64,000 nt of DNA, from NCBI GenBank assembly GCA_002104905.1, contig MCFE01000250.1:1-64000 (forward strand). The letters run 5' to 3'. This document shows positions 1 through 14,800 of the stretch, piece by piece. The position numbers and the translations under genes were made by a program. Each line of letters opens with the position of its first letter. The first letter of the stretch is position 1. The notes beneath the pieces were generated by a model. That model was not told the DNA's origin. It did not search any database and was given only the letters and a program-made list of their open reading frames with translations. The stretch comes from Basidiobolus meristosporus CBS 931.73 (Eukaryota; Fungi; Basidiobolomycota).

Positions 1-3000
1 GATGTATCATCTCAAACTTGCTGAAAAGATCTGATTTTGTCTGTTTAGGTGCCTCTTGACTAAATGTAGCTATAATTTGGTTGTCCATATAAAGAACTAG
101 GATGATCACACACTTTTGAGCTGTTTCACATATATGCTGTGATCTGGAGTGCTATGAGAGAACCCAATTTCCTCTAGATGTGTCAATCTTGTTATACCAT
201 GCTCTTGGTGCCTGCATAAGCCCATACAGCAATTTCTTAAGTTTGCACATCCTATGGTGATCTTTTGGATTGGTAAAACCTTTTGGTTGCTCCATATACA
301 TAGATTCTTACAAATCCCCATTTAAAAGGCTGTTTTGACATCCATTTGGTGTAAATCCAGACTGTGTACAGCCGCCAGGGCTAGAACTGTCCTAATGGAG
401 TTAAACTTGGCAACCAGAGCAAGTGTTTCCTCAAAGTCTAGTCTCTAGAACTGGGAATAGCCTTTAGCCACCAATTTAGCCTTGTACATATCAACAGCAC
501 CATTTGAGGTTATCTCAATCTTGTAGACCCATCTACATCCTATTGGCTTTTGCCCATTTAGTAAATCTACCAGTTTCCATGTTTTTGTCTTGATTAGTGA
601 TTGGTACTCCTCCTGCATAGCTTGGTGCCATATGGTTGCATCTGGACTTTGCATTGCCTGTTCCAGATTCTGAGGTTTGGCACATGAGACAAGATATGCT
701 TCTTCATAATCATTGAAAGTCTGCCACCAGAATCCAGGGGCATTTCTTACTTGGGTAGGCCTCCTAACTGGGATAATTTGCTCTGATCTGGAACTAGAAG
801 AATTATCATCTTCATCTGGTTGAGTTAGGTATGTATCTTCTTCATTTGTGCTGATTGTATCATCAGGTACCTGGCCAATGAATTCAGTGGCTTTGTGATC
901 TATATTCTCCTCAAATGGAGTGCCCTTGCTCTTGATTAGCTTTTGAACTTGGCCATCATATACTCTATGCCTTTTAATATCTTCACAATACCCAAGAAAG
1001 ATCCATTTCCTACTCTTTGGTTCCAATTTGGAGTGTTTTTTGTCAGGGATGCAATAAAAACCATCACTGCCAAAGATCTTGAGGTGCTGCAGATCTAGCT
1101 TTTTGCCTCTAGATGCTTCAAAGGGTGTAGAATCACAGGGAGCTGTTTTTTGGCAGCTGTTCTTGATGTAAACTGCAGTAGTAACAGATTCAGCCCAGAA
1201 CTTGTGGCCCATTCCCTTGTCATGTAGCATAGATCTTCCCATCACTACTATTGTTATATTTGCACTTTCTGCTACTCCATTTTGCTGTGGAGTATTAGGG
1301 ACTGTGGTCTACTAAACTATACCAGTAGATGAGCAGAAATTTGCAAATTCCTTTGAGCAGTATTGCCCTCCATTGTCACTTTGTAGCACTTTTCAATTTA
1401 CACCCAGCTTGTGTTTCTGCCATGTTCTGGAAGTGCTTAAATGTTTCCAATGCTTCATCCTTATTTTTGAGGAAATACACCCATCTATATTTTGTCTGTC
1501 ATCAATAAATGTCATTGAGTATCTCCTGGCTCCAAAGGAAAGTGTTCTCATGGGGCCACATATGTCTAAGTGTACAATAGCCAATAACTAGGTAGTATAG
1601 ACGTCTTCTGAGCTCTTTAGATGTTACCTAGCTTGTTTGCCATCTGAACACCTCTTACAAATATTCAATTGGATTCAAATGGGGTATTTAAGGCCCAAAA
1701 CAAGCTGATTTTTTACAAATTGGGTCATTTTCCAAGCCACAATGTGTCCTAGCCTCCTATGCCATGTCTCCCAGCTAGTTTCATCAGTTTCAGCAATGTT
1801 GACATATTCAGGTCAATGATCTAGCATGGTAACTTGTATATATTTCAATCACTGATTCCCAAAGCTAATTTTTGTCCATTTTGACTCAGTATTGAGCAGC
1901 TCATCTTAATAAAAACAAATTTCAATCCCAGAGCAGTTACTTTACTGACTGAGAGTAGGTTCTTGGCTATTCCAGGTACAAAGAGTACATCAGTCAGTCT
2001 TGCTGTTGTTGCCCCCGAGCTATCACTCATATTCAGTTGTATAGACCCACTGACGGTAGCTTCCATAACAGAGTTATCTTCCAGATGAGCCTTTCTTAAG
2101 GGAATAGTTGTGAAGTTGCTGAACCACTCCTTTAGACCACAAATATGCTGTGATACTTGTGAGTCAATATTCCATTCATTACTTTGGCTACTTGCGCTGG
2201 CTTGTATGGTTACAAATAACTGTTCATCAGTGCTTATATGGTTTGCCTGCTCTAGTTTATATTTTTTGTCTACTTGTTTCTTCTGGCATTCTCTTGCCCA
2301 GTGTCCTGGCTTTTTACAGTGGTTACAGCAACCAGCTTTTCTTTGGTTTTGTTCCTTTGACTTCATTCATGAGTTCCTTTCTGAGCTGAATAAAGCATTA
2401 TCTTCAATTTTCTCTGCTTCATCATTGCATCTGAGTTCTTGACGGAGTAATCTTCCTTTGACGTAGTGTAAAGACAAATTGTCTTCTCTGCTTTCAAAAG
2501 AAGGGATGAGTGACACATACTCATCTGGTAGGCTGCAAAGCAGACAGAGTATCTTTTCTTCATCATCTGCACAAGCAATAATACTGTAAAGTTTGTCTGC
2601 AAGTGTCTCCATTCTGGTAATGAGTTGTAGCATGTCATCATCTGGCTTCTTTCTCATGTTGAAGTACTTTTGTTTTAAATAAAGCTTGCTTGATACTGAC
2701 TTTGCTCTAAAGATCTTTTTTAAGGATTCCCATGCTGCATTGGCAGTAATTGAGGCACAGACTTGTTCATTGAAGGAATCTGGCACATTGGTACATATGG
2801 CATTAAAGGCCTTTCTCTCCTTCTCTTGAAACTTCTCCACTTCTTCTGCAGTTCCTTTGGGTTCAACTTCTTTTCCTCTTACCATATTCCAAAGCTTCCT
2901 TTCCTCAGGGTGGATCTGCATCTTATTTTCCAGAGTCTGTAGCTCTTTCCATCAAACCTCACCTTTATAGGAAATGTTTGTGGTGTTCTGTTTGCTGGTA

Positions 3001-3404
3001 GAAGTCATCTTTAGAATAGGTTAAGGCAATTGGGGCTCAAAACCTGTTGCAATTTAAGAAGTGATTTGGATATAAGGAACTTGTCAAGAAATAGTGATAA
3101 TAGTTGAACTGTTGTTTATTAAAAAAGAAGCTCAGTATTTTTCCTTTGTAGAAGGAATACAGCTGTATCACTAACTAAGGAGAGTTTCTCAATATTCAGG
3201 AGCATACTGTAACAGTTTCAGGGTTAGTACATAATGTTTAGTAATGGTGCTAATTTGATCACAACTATAAGAGAATAATCATGAGATCATAGATCTGAAG
3301 AAAGTGGCAGAGTTAGAGCTGTAATTTAGTCCCACTTTGACCAAGACTAGTTCAGAAAGTAAATTTTTAGCTGCAGAATGATACCAAACATTAATATTAC
3401 AACA
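1..3404 (-). mobile_element. Decayed Ty1/copia retrotransposon, family Copia-1, element 1 (5' LTR, gag, protease, integrase, start of RT; 3' end outside window)
   Basis: Minus-strand fragments: UBN2-type gag (2367-2921), zinc knuckle CNHCKKPGHWAREC and protease (1845-2366), integrase HLDICGPM..FIDD (1393-1584), RT PIGCRWVYKI..YKAKLVAKGYSQ (445-1245); many stops and frameshifts. Confidence 0.95.
3045..3404 (-). repeat. Copia-1 5' LTR (360 bp, TGTTG...CAACA)
   Basis: Inverted copy of LTRs at 5105-5472 and 9346-9713; followed on the minus strand by PBS GGTTTTGAGCCCCA (3044-3031). Confidence 0.93.
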
Positions 3405-5104
3405 GATCAAGGTGCATTTCTTATTCTGATACATCTCCTAACTGGGATAATCTGCACCAATTAGGAGCTGGCAGAACTATCTTCTGTATCTGGTGGCTTT
3501 AGGTAGGCATCTTCTTGATTGTTATGGATTGCATCATCAATCAGCTGCCCAATTATTCTACTGGATTTTGGATTGGAACTCTCCTTAAATTCAACATCTC
3601 TGCTGATGATTTTTTGTTCCAACTTTCAGCATTCTTTGTCAGTGATGTCATGGAAGTCTTACTGCCAAAGATCCTGGGGTGCTGGAGGCCTAACTCTGGC
3701 CTGTACAAGCTCCAAAGGGTATAGAATTGTGTAGTGCTGTTGTTGGGCATCTATTCTTAATCTAAACTGCGGTAGCAACAGATTCAGCCCAAAGCATGTT
3801 TTACACTTCCTTATCATGTGGCATAGATTTCCCATCTGTACTACTGTTCTATTTGCATGTTCTGCTAGTTCATTTGGCTATGAAGTATAAGTAACAGTGG
3901 TCTGTTGTAGTAAACCAGTAGACAAGAAGTATTTTGCAAACAACTAGGTGTGTTACAAGTCTTGTATATATAACTTCATATAGTATCTCAGGTTTGCTGT
4001 TGTTCCCCTGAGATATCACTCTTAGTCACCTGTATGGACTCACTGGCAGTAGCTTCCAGTACAGAGTTGTCTCCAAGATAAACCATTCTTGCGCCAATAG
4101 TCTTTAAGTTGCACAACTACTCCTTTATACTGCAAATATGTTGTGATGGTCTAGAGTCCATATTTCATTCATTACTTTGGTTACTTGCTCTCACTTGTAC
4201 AGTTACAAGTAACTGTTGATCAGTAGTAATTTGCTTTGCTTGCACCAGTTTCTGCTTTTCATCTGCTTGTATCTTCCTGCACTCTCTTGCCCAGTGTCCT
4301 GGCTGATTACAGTAGTTACTGCAACCAGGTTTCTTTGGCAAAAAGGGACCTATCTTGGTTATTGTGAGGATACTAGATGGCACAGACTGTATGATGTCAA
4401 AGTCCAAAAGCTGATCAAGAGCAGTGATGTTATATTTGAGGAGAGTTCAGATCAGAGAGCCACTGAAATAATTGGCCAGCTGCATAATGATGCAATCAAT
4501 ATTAATGAAGAAGATATGTACCTAATTCAGCCAGATATGGAAGATAATTCTACCAGCTCCACAGCATAGCAGCTTATCCCAGTTAGGACATCTACCAGAA
4601 TAAGAAATGCCCCTGGATACTGGTGGCTGACATCCAATCATTGTTAAGAAACCTATCTTGCATCATGAGCCAAATATCAGAATCTGGAACAGGCAATGAA
4701 AAGCCCAGATGCAACAATGTGGTAACAAGCCATGCAGGAGGAGAACCAACCACTGGTCAGGGCAAAATGTGAGAAATGGGAGATTTACTAAGTGGGAGAA
4801 AGCCAATAGGATTTAGATAGGCCTACAAGATGAAGATGACCTCAAATGGTACCATTGAGAAATACAAGGCTAAATTGGTGGTTAGAGGTCATTCCCAGAT
4901 CTAGGGACTAGACTTAAGTAAACAGTGGCTCTGGTTGCCAAGATTAACTCCATTAGGACAGTTCTAGTCCCTGCAGCTGTGCACTCTCAAGATCTGCGCC
5001 AAATGAAATTCAAAACAGTCTTTCTAGATGGTGATCTGCAAGAAACTATTTTTATAGAGTAATGAGAAGGTTTACCATTCCAGAGGGCCCTTATAAGGTG
5101 TGCA
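3405..5104. mobile_element. Scrambled Copia-1 fragments in both orientations
   Basis: About 3405-3900 minus integrase/linker; about 3960-4340 minus gag knuckle/protease (CNQPGHWAREC); about 4340-5104 plus integrase tail to RT (YLGYCED.., KYKAKLVVRG). Strand switch near 4340. Confidence 0.85.
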
Positions 5105-8100
5105 TGTTGATATTTTGGACTATTTGGTATCATTCTGCAGCTAAAAATTTACTTAACAATTTTGGCCTAGTCTTGGTCACTGTAGGACTAATTTACAGCT
5201 CTAACTTTGCCACTTTCTGCAGATCTATGATCTTATGATTATTCCCCATAGTCAGGATCAAGATAACATTATTACTAAGCATTATGTACTAACCCTGAAA
5301 CTGTTACAGAATGCTCCTGAATATTGAGAAACCCTCCTTAGTTAGTGATACAGCTGTATTACTTCTACAATGGTATAAATACTGAGCTTCTTTATTAATA
5401 AACAACAGTTCAACTATTATCACTATTGCTTGATAGGTTCCTTATATCCAAATCACTTCTTAAATTGCAACAGGTTTTGAGCCCCAATTGCCTTAATCTA
5501 TTCTAAAGATGACTTCTACCAGCAAAAAGAAACGCAAACATCTTCCCTGTAAAGGAGTAGTTTGATGGAAAGAACTACAGACTCTGGAAAATCAAGATGC
5601 AGCTCCACCTTGAGGAAAGGAAGCTTTGGAGTCTGGTAACAGGAAAATAAGTTGAACCCAAAGGAACAGTAGAAGAAGTGGAGAAGTTTCAAGAGAAGGA
5701 GAGAAAGGTCTTTAATGCCATATGTATCAATGTGGAAGATTCCTTCAATGAACTAATCTGTGCCACAAATACTGCCAATGCAGCATGGGAATCCTTAGAG
5801 AAGATCTTTAAAACAAAGTGAGTATCAAGCAAGCTTTATTAAAACAAAAGTTTTTCAACATGAGGAAAAAGCCAGATGATGGCATGCAACAACTCATTGC
5901 CAGAATGGAGACACTAGCAGAAGAACTTTACAGTATTAATACTTGTGTAGATGATGAAGAAAAGATACTTTGTCTGCTTTGCAGCCTACCAGAAGAGTAT
6001 GAGACACTCAGAAGACAATTTGACTTTAGACTATGTCAAAGGAAGACTTCTCCATAAAGAACTCAGACTTAATAATCAAGCAGAGAAAATTGAAGATAAT
6101 GCTCTGTTCAGTTCAGAAAGGCACACAGAATAGAAGGGAAGGCAACAAAACCAAAGAAAACTTGGTTGCCACTACTATTGTAAAATGCCACAACACTGGG
6201 CAAGCAAATGCAAGAAGAAACAAGCAGACAAAAAACAGAAACTAGAGCAGGCAAACCATATAACTACTGATGAACAGTTACTTGTAACCGTTAAGGAGAG
6301 TGCAAGTAACCAAAGTAATGAATGGTATATGGACGCTGGAGCCTCACAGCATATTTGTGGTATTAAGGAGTGGTTCAACAACTTCAAGACTATTCCCTCA
6401 AGAAAGGTTTATCTGGGAGATAACTCTGCTCTGGAAGTTACTGCAAGTGGGTCTATACAACTAAATATGATCAATAACTCAGGGCAACAACAGCAAGACT
6501 CACTGACATACTCCATGTACCTGGAGTAGCTAAGAACTTGCTCTCAGTCAGTGAGGCAACTGCTTAGGTACTGAAACTTGTTGTTACTAAGATGAGCTGC
6601 TCAATATTGAGTGAGAATTAACAAAAATTAGCTTTGGGAATCAAAGATCACAATATGAACAAGCTACAATGCAAGATTGTTGAACTTGAGTATGTCAACA
6701 TTTCTGAAACTGATGCAACTAGCTGGGTGACATGGCATAGGAGGCTAGAAAACATTGGAGAACAGAAAATGAGCCAATTGGTGCAGAATCAGCTTGTTTT
6801 AGGCCTAAAATACTCAGTTCCAGTCAAACTGGATATTTGTAAGGGATGTTCATATGGCAAACAAGCTAGGAAACATTTTAAGAGCTCAGAATGCATCAGT
6901 ACCACCAAAATATTGGCTATTGTACACTCAGACCTATGTGTCCACATGAGAACACTGTCCATTGTAGCTTAGAGATACTTTATGATGTTTTTTGATGACA
7001 AAACATGATATACATGGGTGTACTTTCTCAAAACAAAGGATGAAGCTTTAGAAACATTTAAGCACTTCAAGAACATGGCAGAAACACAAGCTGGGTGTAA
7101 ACTGAAGGTGCTACAAAGTTACAATGGAGGAGAATACTGTTCAGAGGAATTTGTAAAATGCTGCTTGTCTACTGGTACACTTCAGCTGACCACAATCCCT
7201 CATACTTTACAGCAAAATGGAGTAGCAGAATGTACAAATGGAACAATAGTAGAACTGGGAAGATCTATGCTACATAATAAGGGAATGGACTACAAGTTTT
7301 GGGCTGAATCTTCAACTACTGCAGCTTACATCAAGAACTGATGTCAGAAAACAGATCTGCATGATTCTACACCCCTTGAAGCATATACAGGCAAACACTA
7401 GATCTCCAGCACCTTGAGATCATTGGCAGTGCTGTTTTATAGCATCCCTGACACAAAACACTTAAAGTTGGAACCAAAGTGTAGGAAACAGATCTTTCTT
7501 GGGTATTGTGATGATACTAAAGGGCATAGAGTTTATGATGGCAACATTCAGGAGCTGATCAAGATATCATTGGCCAGCTGCCTGATGATGCAATCAGCAC
7601 TAATGTAGAAAATATGTATCAAATCCAGCCAGATACAGAAAATATTACTACCAGGTCCAGATCAGAACAGATTATCCCAGTTAGGAGATCTACCAGAATA
7701 AGAAATGCCAATGGATCCCAGAGGCAGACATCCAATGATCATGAAGAAGCTTATCTTGCCTTATGTGCCAAACCTCAGAATCTGGAACAGGCAATGCAAA
7801 GTTCAGATGCTACTATGTGGCAACAAGCAATGCAGGGGGAGTACCAATCACTGATCAATGCAAAAATGTGGGTACTGGTAGATTTACCAAATTGGAGAAA
7901 GCCAATAGGATGTAGATGGGTCTACAAGATTGAGATAACCTCCAATGGTGCTGTTGATATGTACAAGGCTAGATTAGTGGCTAAAGGCTACTTCCAAATC
8001 CAGGGACTAGACTTTAAGGAAATATTTGCTCTGGTTGCCAGGTTTAACTCCATAAGGACAGTTCTAGCCCTGGCAGCTGCACAAAGTCTAGATCTACACT

Positions 8101-9713
8101 AAATGGAAGTCAAAATAGCCTTTCCAAGTGGGGATTTGCAAGAAACTATATATATAGAGCAACCAGAAGGTTTCACCCATACAAAAGACCCCCATAAGGT
8201 GTGCAAACTGAGAAAATTGCTGTATGGGCTTAAGCAGGCACCTAGAGCATAGTATAACAAGATTGACACATATCTAGAGGAAATTTGGTTCTCTTGTAGC
8301 ACTGCAGATCACAGTATATATTTGAAGGAGCTCAAAAAGGGCGTGATCATCCTAGTCATCTATGTGGATGACCTAATTATAGCTACAAGTTACTAAAAGG
8401 CACTTAAACAGACAAAATCAGATCTTTTCAACAAGTTTGAGATAAAAGATTTTGGAAAATTGAGCTATTTTCTTGAAATTGAGGTCAACTTTAAGATACC
8501 TATGCAGAGAATCGTGCTGAATCAGTCTATGTACATCAGGGACATTCTTAGATGCTTCAAAATGGAAAATTGCAAACCTGCAGCTACCCCTATGGACAAT
8601 AACCTCAATTTAAGCAAATCTCAGCTAGTATAGATGGAAATAGCTCCAAAATGGACCAAAACTTTCCCTATAAATCAGTGGTTAATAGCCTAATGTACTT
8701 GATGGTGTCTACACCTCCAGATATTGCAGTGGCAGTTGGAATAGTAAGTTGACTCCTGCAGAATTATGAATCAGATCAAATAGCAGCACTTAAGCGCATT
8801 TGAAGATATCTACAAGGTACCATAAATATGGTACTAGAATACTCTGGAGCAGCTAATAGGCAAATATTTGATGGATATTATGATTCAGATTGGTGCAAGT
8901 ATCTGATTGACAGGCCTTCCACCACAGGCTATGTATTACTTTATGCTGGTGCAGCTATTACTTGGAGTTGCAAGAAACAGCCAAATGTGGCCCTATCTAT
9001 AACTGAAGCAGAATATATGGCTGCATGTCATGCAACTATGGGGGCTATGTGGCTACAAAAATTATTCAAAGACTTAGGTTTTAATCAGATGAACCAGCAT
9101 GTATTTACAAGGATAATCAAAGTTATATTTCATTTGCTAGAAATCCTACTATGTAAGCCAGAACTAAGCACATTGATGTAAAGCATCACTTTGTGAGGGA
9201 AGCTGTAGATAATAACTTAATAGAGTTAGTGTACTGCCCAACTAACAGAATAGTGGCAGATATATTGACAAAACCACTAGCTAGGCCACAATATGAGAAT
9301 CTCAGGGAGGAGTAAGGATTAAGAAATTATTTAGTTGAGGGGGAGTGTTGAAATATTGGACTCTTTGGTATCATTCTGTAGCTAAGAATTTACTTAACAA
9401 TTCTGGACTAGTCTTGGTCACTGTGGGACTAATTTACAGCTCTACCTTTGCCACTTTCTTCAGATCTATGATCTTATGATTATTCCCCTATAGTCAGGAT
9501 CAAATTAGCACTAAACTAACTATTAAGTACTAACCCTGAAACTGTTACAGAATGCTCCTGAATATGGAGAAGCCCTCCTTACGTAGTGTTACTGCTGTAT
9601 TACTTCTACAAAGGTATAAAAACTGAGCTTCTTTATTAATAAACAACAGTTCAACTATTATCACTATTTCTTGATAAGTTCCTTATATCCAAATCACTTC
9701 TTAAATTGCAACA
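5105..9713 (+). mobile_element. Full-length decayed Copia-1 element 2 (4609 bp, two 368-bp LTRs)
   Basis: LTRs 5105-5472 and 9346-9713 (about 92% identical by eye over the first 120 bp), PBS 5473-5486, PPT GAGGGGGAG 9337-9345, gag-PR-IN-RT-RH remnants in copia order. No clean TSD (GTGCA vs GTTTG); flanks are contiguous RT sequence of another Copia-1 copy. Confidence 0.95.
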
Positions 9714-11898
9714 GTTTGGATCTAGGAAATTATTGTATGGGCTTAAGCAGGCAGTTAAAGCATGGTATAACAAGATGATACATATCTACAGGATATTTGG
9801 TTTGCTCACAGCACTGCAGATCACAGTATATATGTGAAACAGCTGAGAAACAGTGTGATCATCATAGTTCTTTATGTGGACAACCTAATAAAATCTAAAA
9901 GTGACCAAGAGGTACTTAAACAGACAAAATTACATCTCTTCAACAGGTTTGAGATGAAAGTTCTTGCAAAAACAAGCTACCTTCTTGGAAAAGATGCCAA
10001 GTTTGACATACATACACAGAATATTATGCTGAATCAGTCTAAAAACATCAGGGACATTTTCAAATGCTTTAAAGTAGAATATGCCAGCTTGCAGCTACCG
10101 CAATGGACAATATCCAAAAACTGAGCAAATCTCAGCCAATTTTAGGTCTTTAAGGCTCAAATATGGATCAAAACTTTCCCTATCAGTCAATGTTTAGTGG
10201 CTGGATGTAATTGATGGTGTTTACAGGTCAAGATATTGAAGTGGCAGCTTGAACAGTCAGTCAATTAATGCAAAACTCTGGATCAGATCAGATTACCGCT
10301 GTGGTGGTGTATAAGTCCAAGGGAGAGATACGTCTAACACTTCTCAAGTGTTTTGTGTGTGGGGTGTTCACTGGGTGCAATAACCTCTGGCAAAAGCTTG
10401 CTAGGAATACCTGGGTTCTGTCTCTAATCTAATGTGAAGGGGAATAAAGCCACAAGCTTGTCAAGGGAAAACTATTGAGCTACAATCCCCAACTCAGTTG
10501 GCGTCTTAACAAAAGTATGTGCTGGGTTCAGCATCCTTTGAGATGACAATGTACTAAAGCTTCCAAAGTCAGAACAACTGTAAACTCCACCAGCAGGGAC
10601 TTGATAAGAATGCGGCTGTGGTCAATAGTTACAAAGACAGAAAAGTATCTTTGCCTGCACAAGAACAAACTTGGGAAAGAATCAAATATAATAAAAGATA
10701 CCTACTCTGAGTATTCCTCACAAGTAGTGCCTCCAAGGTCAGTTGGCTGTCAGCATGGTTTCCTGGGAGTGTCCTGCGGTCTGGGGTTGGAAGTTCAGGT
10801 AGCAGCAGGTAGCAGTGATCACACTAATCAACAAGCTGGTATATTGATAAAAGGGATAATGATTTATTGTTGAGGGATAGCCTCCCTTATATACTTTTCT
10901 CACTGGCTAAGTGATTACTAATCATGGTGCCCCAGAAGGTTCCGGATATCAATAGAAATCTTAATGACATAAGAATGACCTAAGAATGTTCTAAGTAGGT
11001 GCTGGAAGGTTCTAAGAGGCACAGCACATCCAACCAATCAGGAATCAGTATTCTGAAACCTGTGTAACATGGGGATACCATATATGGTATGGAAATGGTA
11101 GGGATGGTGACACGGGTTGATCATGTGTCATGGGTACTGGCACGGGTATTTGCCTAATATAGAAGCACTTATAGCTAGTAATCTTACATAGAGTGAGGGG
11201 TAACTTATGTAATAAGGTAAGCAGGTGTGATAGTCAACCGGCTTGTGGGATAGTAATGATTGGGTAAGACAAATGGGATAAAACTTAAATAAGTGTAGTA
11301 GAGATATAGGGAAGTAGAAAATAGGGGGATGAGCACATCTGTCAGTGGGTGTCACTGTCACCCCACTACACCGCAGTCAAATGGTTTTCAAATATCCACA
11401 AGGTACCATCAGTATGGTATTGCCCAATTGACTAAACGGTGGCAGCTACACTGACAAAACTACCAGCTAGACCACAGTTTGAAAATCTCAGAGAGGAATT
11501 TGGATTAAGAAATTATTTAGTTGAGGGGGAGTGCAGAAATATAGGACTACTTGGTATCACTCAGCAGCTGAAAATTTATCAACATTTCTGGCCCAGTCTT
11601 GGTCACTGTAGGACTAACTCACAGCCCTAACTTTGGCTCTTTTGTCAGATCTATGATCCTATAATCATTCCCTTATAGTCAAGGTAAAATAAGCACTTTT
11701 TTCAAACAATATATACTAACACTGAAACTGTTACAGAATGCTCCTGAGTGTTGAAGAACACTCTATACTTAGTGTACAATTGAACAGCTTCTACAAAGGT
11801 ATAAATACTGAGTTTCCTTGTGAAGAAACAATAGTTCAACCAATATCACTATTTCTTGATAACTTCCTTGTATCAAAATCACTTCTTAAGTTACAACA
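9714..11898 (+). mobile_element. 3' part of the older host Copia-1 element (RT/RNase H remnant plus 3' LTR 11532-11898)
   Basis: Continues RT from 5104 (..PYKVC | [10 protein letters not shown]); interrupted by the 10300-11370 insert; PPT GAGGGGGAG 11523-11531 then a diverged 367-bp LTR ending CAACA. Confidence 0.88.
10300..11370 (-). mobile_element. Solo LTR, family LTR-X (1071 bp, gypsy-type 4-bp TSD)
   Basis: Termini TGTGGTGG...CCACTACA; perfect TSD CCGC (10296-10299, 11371-11374); removal restores host RT frame QITAVK; TATA-like and AATAAA on minus strand near 10890 and 10865. Confidence 0.9.
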
Positions 11899-14800
11899 AA
11901 TGACGGCTCACTGATAGCTTGTGCACCAAGCAGCCTTTACAGCAATGCCCTGAATCACCAGCAGACATAACTAAGAAGGAAGTTGAAGACATTCAGACAG
12001 AAATTAGTGTTTCAAGAATACATCTATTAGCATAGATGCCTACTTAGAAAGATTGGCAGAATGGACCCCCTGGATCAGGTGGATTACTTTATTGATGGAT
12101 TGAAAGAAGGAACTTGCAAAGAAGTGAGTTATTGAAGATCTTGGACTATTGAAGAAGCCATCAACATTGCCATTGACTATGACTCAGTTATGTTTGAAGT
12201 TGGAAAGCCCACAATGAGTAATCAGAGAGGCTACAATTGCTACAAAAGAAGTCAATCCAAAGCAGTGCCAATGGAAATAGACACTACACAGAAGAATCCT
12301 ACCTCAAAAGAATGTAAGAAGAAAGGACTATGCTTTGATTGCCATCAGCACCAGGACCTTTGCCCTTATTGAAGCCCTTTAGCAAAGTAACATGGGGGAT
12401 GAAGTTGAAGACAACTCAGAGTTCACCTTCTGCCTGACCAAAGAATACTTATCCCAAGTGACCCCAGACTCAGGAAAGCTCTAATACTTGAGTGGAGCAA
12501 TCAATGGAGTACCTGCCAAGATTACAATTGACTCAGTAGCATCACATGAGTACATGTCAGAGCAAATCCCTTGAAAGCTGGAATCAACTAGAAATCAACT
12601 AAATCAGCTTCAGTCTCAACAGTCAATGGGAACTCTGACATAATCAACTATATTACTTGGCCAGTAAGAATCAAAATAAATGACTAAGAAGTATACCTAC
12701 AGGTCAACATATTTGGAAAACTGCAAATTTGACCTGGTTCTTGGACACACATGCCTATCAAATGTAATCCATCAATCAGTTGGAGTACCAATGCAACTCA
12801 GATCCAAAAAAGGCAATCAAACCCATGAGCAACTAACTGCCAGACTGGAATTCAACTTGGTCAATTCCAGTGTGTTAGATATAAGTGAGCTTAGCAAGAC
12901 ACAGTTCTGTACAGCACTGAGGAAAGTTGCACCAATGTTACTCATTGCAGTATTACAAGATGACAATGTTGCAATTTAAGAAGTGATTTGGATATAAGGA
13001 ACTTATCAAGAAATATTGATAATAGCTGAAGTGTTGTGTGTTAATAAAGAAGCTCAGTATTTATACCTTTGTGGAAGTAATACAGCTGTAACACTAAGTA
13101 AGGAGGGTTTCTCAACATTCAGGAGCATTCTGTAACAGTTTCAGGGTTGGCACATAAAGTTTAGTAATGGTGCTAATTTGATCCTGACTGTAAGGGAATA
13201 ATCATAAGAATATAGATATGAAGAAAGTGGCAAAGTTAGAGCTGTAAATTAGTCCCACTGTGACCAAGACTAGTCCAGAATTGTCAAGTAAACTTTTAGC
13301 TGCAGAATGATACCAAACAGTCCAATATTTCAACAGACACCTCTACTCCAGTATCTTGGAAAGTCCAGACCCTTCTGAAGGAAAATTCAAATATGTTTCT
13401 AGAAGTGCTTGTAAGCCTACCACCTATCAGATACATGGCTCATGCCATTGAAACAGGAGATAGCCCCTAGTATGCCAAGCATCTTGCATGATGAGTCCAA
13501 TGGAGTAGGAAGAGTTGAAGAGACATATGGATCAACTACAGGAGCAAGAAAATGTCAGGGCCAGCAAGTTACCTTGGGAGCACTAGTGCTTTTTATGAAG
13601 AAGAAGGATGGATCACTTGTGATGTGCATTTACTACTGAGCCCTTAACTTAGTTTCTATGAGAAGAGGTGCCCCTTATACTGGATTAATGAGTTTTGAAC
13701 CAACTCATTGCAGCCACCATATTCAGTAAGATTGACCTCATGTCAGTATACAGCCAGAATTGAGTGAAAGCAGAAGATATCCCTGAGAGAGCATTGAGGA
13801 TCAGACATGGACATTACAAGTACTGGTCATGAGTTTTGGCCTCACAAATTCTCCTCCAACACTCATGATCTTGATGCAAAACATCTTCTAGGAGTACTTA
13901 GACAAGTCTGTGGTGATCTACCTGGATGACATATTGATATAAAACTACACAGAAGAAGACTACATGGTGCACTTTGAAAAGGTCTTAAAGAAGCTAAGAG
14001 AGGACAGGCTATATGGCATGCCGGCAAAGTGTGAATTCTTGAAGTACATGTTGAGTATCTAGGATACATAGTGACTTACACTGGAGTAAACTAAGACCCT
14101 AAGTAAGTGCAAGTGATTAAGAATCTGAAGCAGCCCCATAGCATTTCAGAGCTCAGATTATTTCTTGAAGTGGTGTCTGGTTATCTGAGATTTATCAAGT
14201 CCTTTGCAATTATAGCAGCCCCATTAACTGATATCCTCAGGAAAGACAACACCTTGAAGTGGGACATTGCCTTTGAGACTGCATTTCAGACACTCAAGAA
14301 TGAGCTTGCCAAGCTGCCAAGCTTCAGAAAAAACTTCACCAGTGCTTCATAATAGTCAACTGGTAGAGTGCTGAGCCAAAAAAATGAGGAAAATGAATAC
14401 CCAGTTGCTTTCAAATCCAAGAAACTGAACTCAGCAAAACAAAACAATCCAGTACATGAGAAGGGGATGCTTGCCATAATACACTGCATAAAGATATTGG
14501 GATACCATAATCAAGAAATCAAGTGCACTGTGAAGACTGATTGTGCCTCACCTTCATATATATTTACTCAGATAGTGCTCTACAGAAGTATGACAAGATG
14601 GAGTGAAAACACTCAGCAACTTGACCTGGAGATTGTCTACTGCCATGGGAAGAATAAACAGTTACTGAAGCCTTAACAAGACTGGAACAAGTTGCACATG
14701 AATCTGATTGGCCCAGCCTGTTACTAAGGTACTTTCCTAACAAGGAGGATAAAGATATCAAGGAGATTATCCCAGATGAAGCCAGCAAGTATGGAGTACA

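Noticed and set aside
5100-9718. TSD for Copia-1 element 2
   Set aside because: GTGCA vs GTTTG match at only 2 of 5; spacing is compatible with a decayed 5-bp duplication but cannot be called
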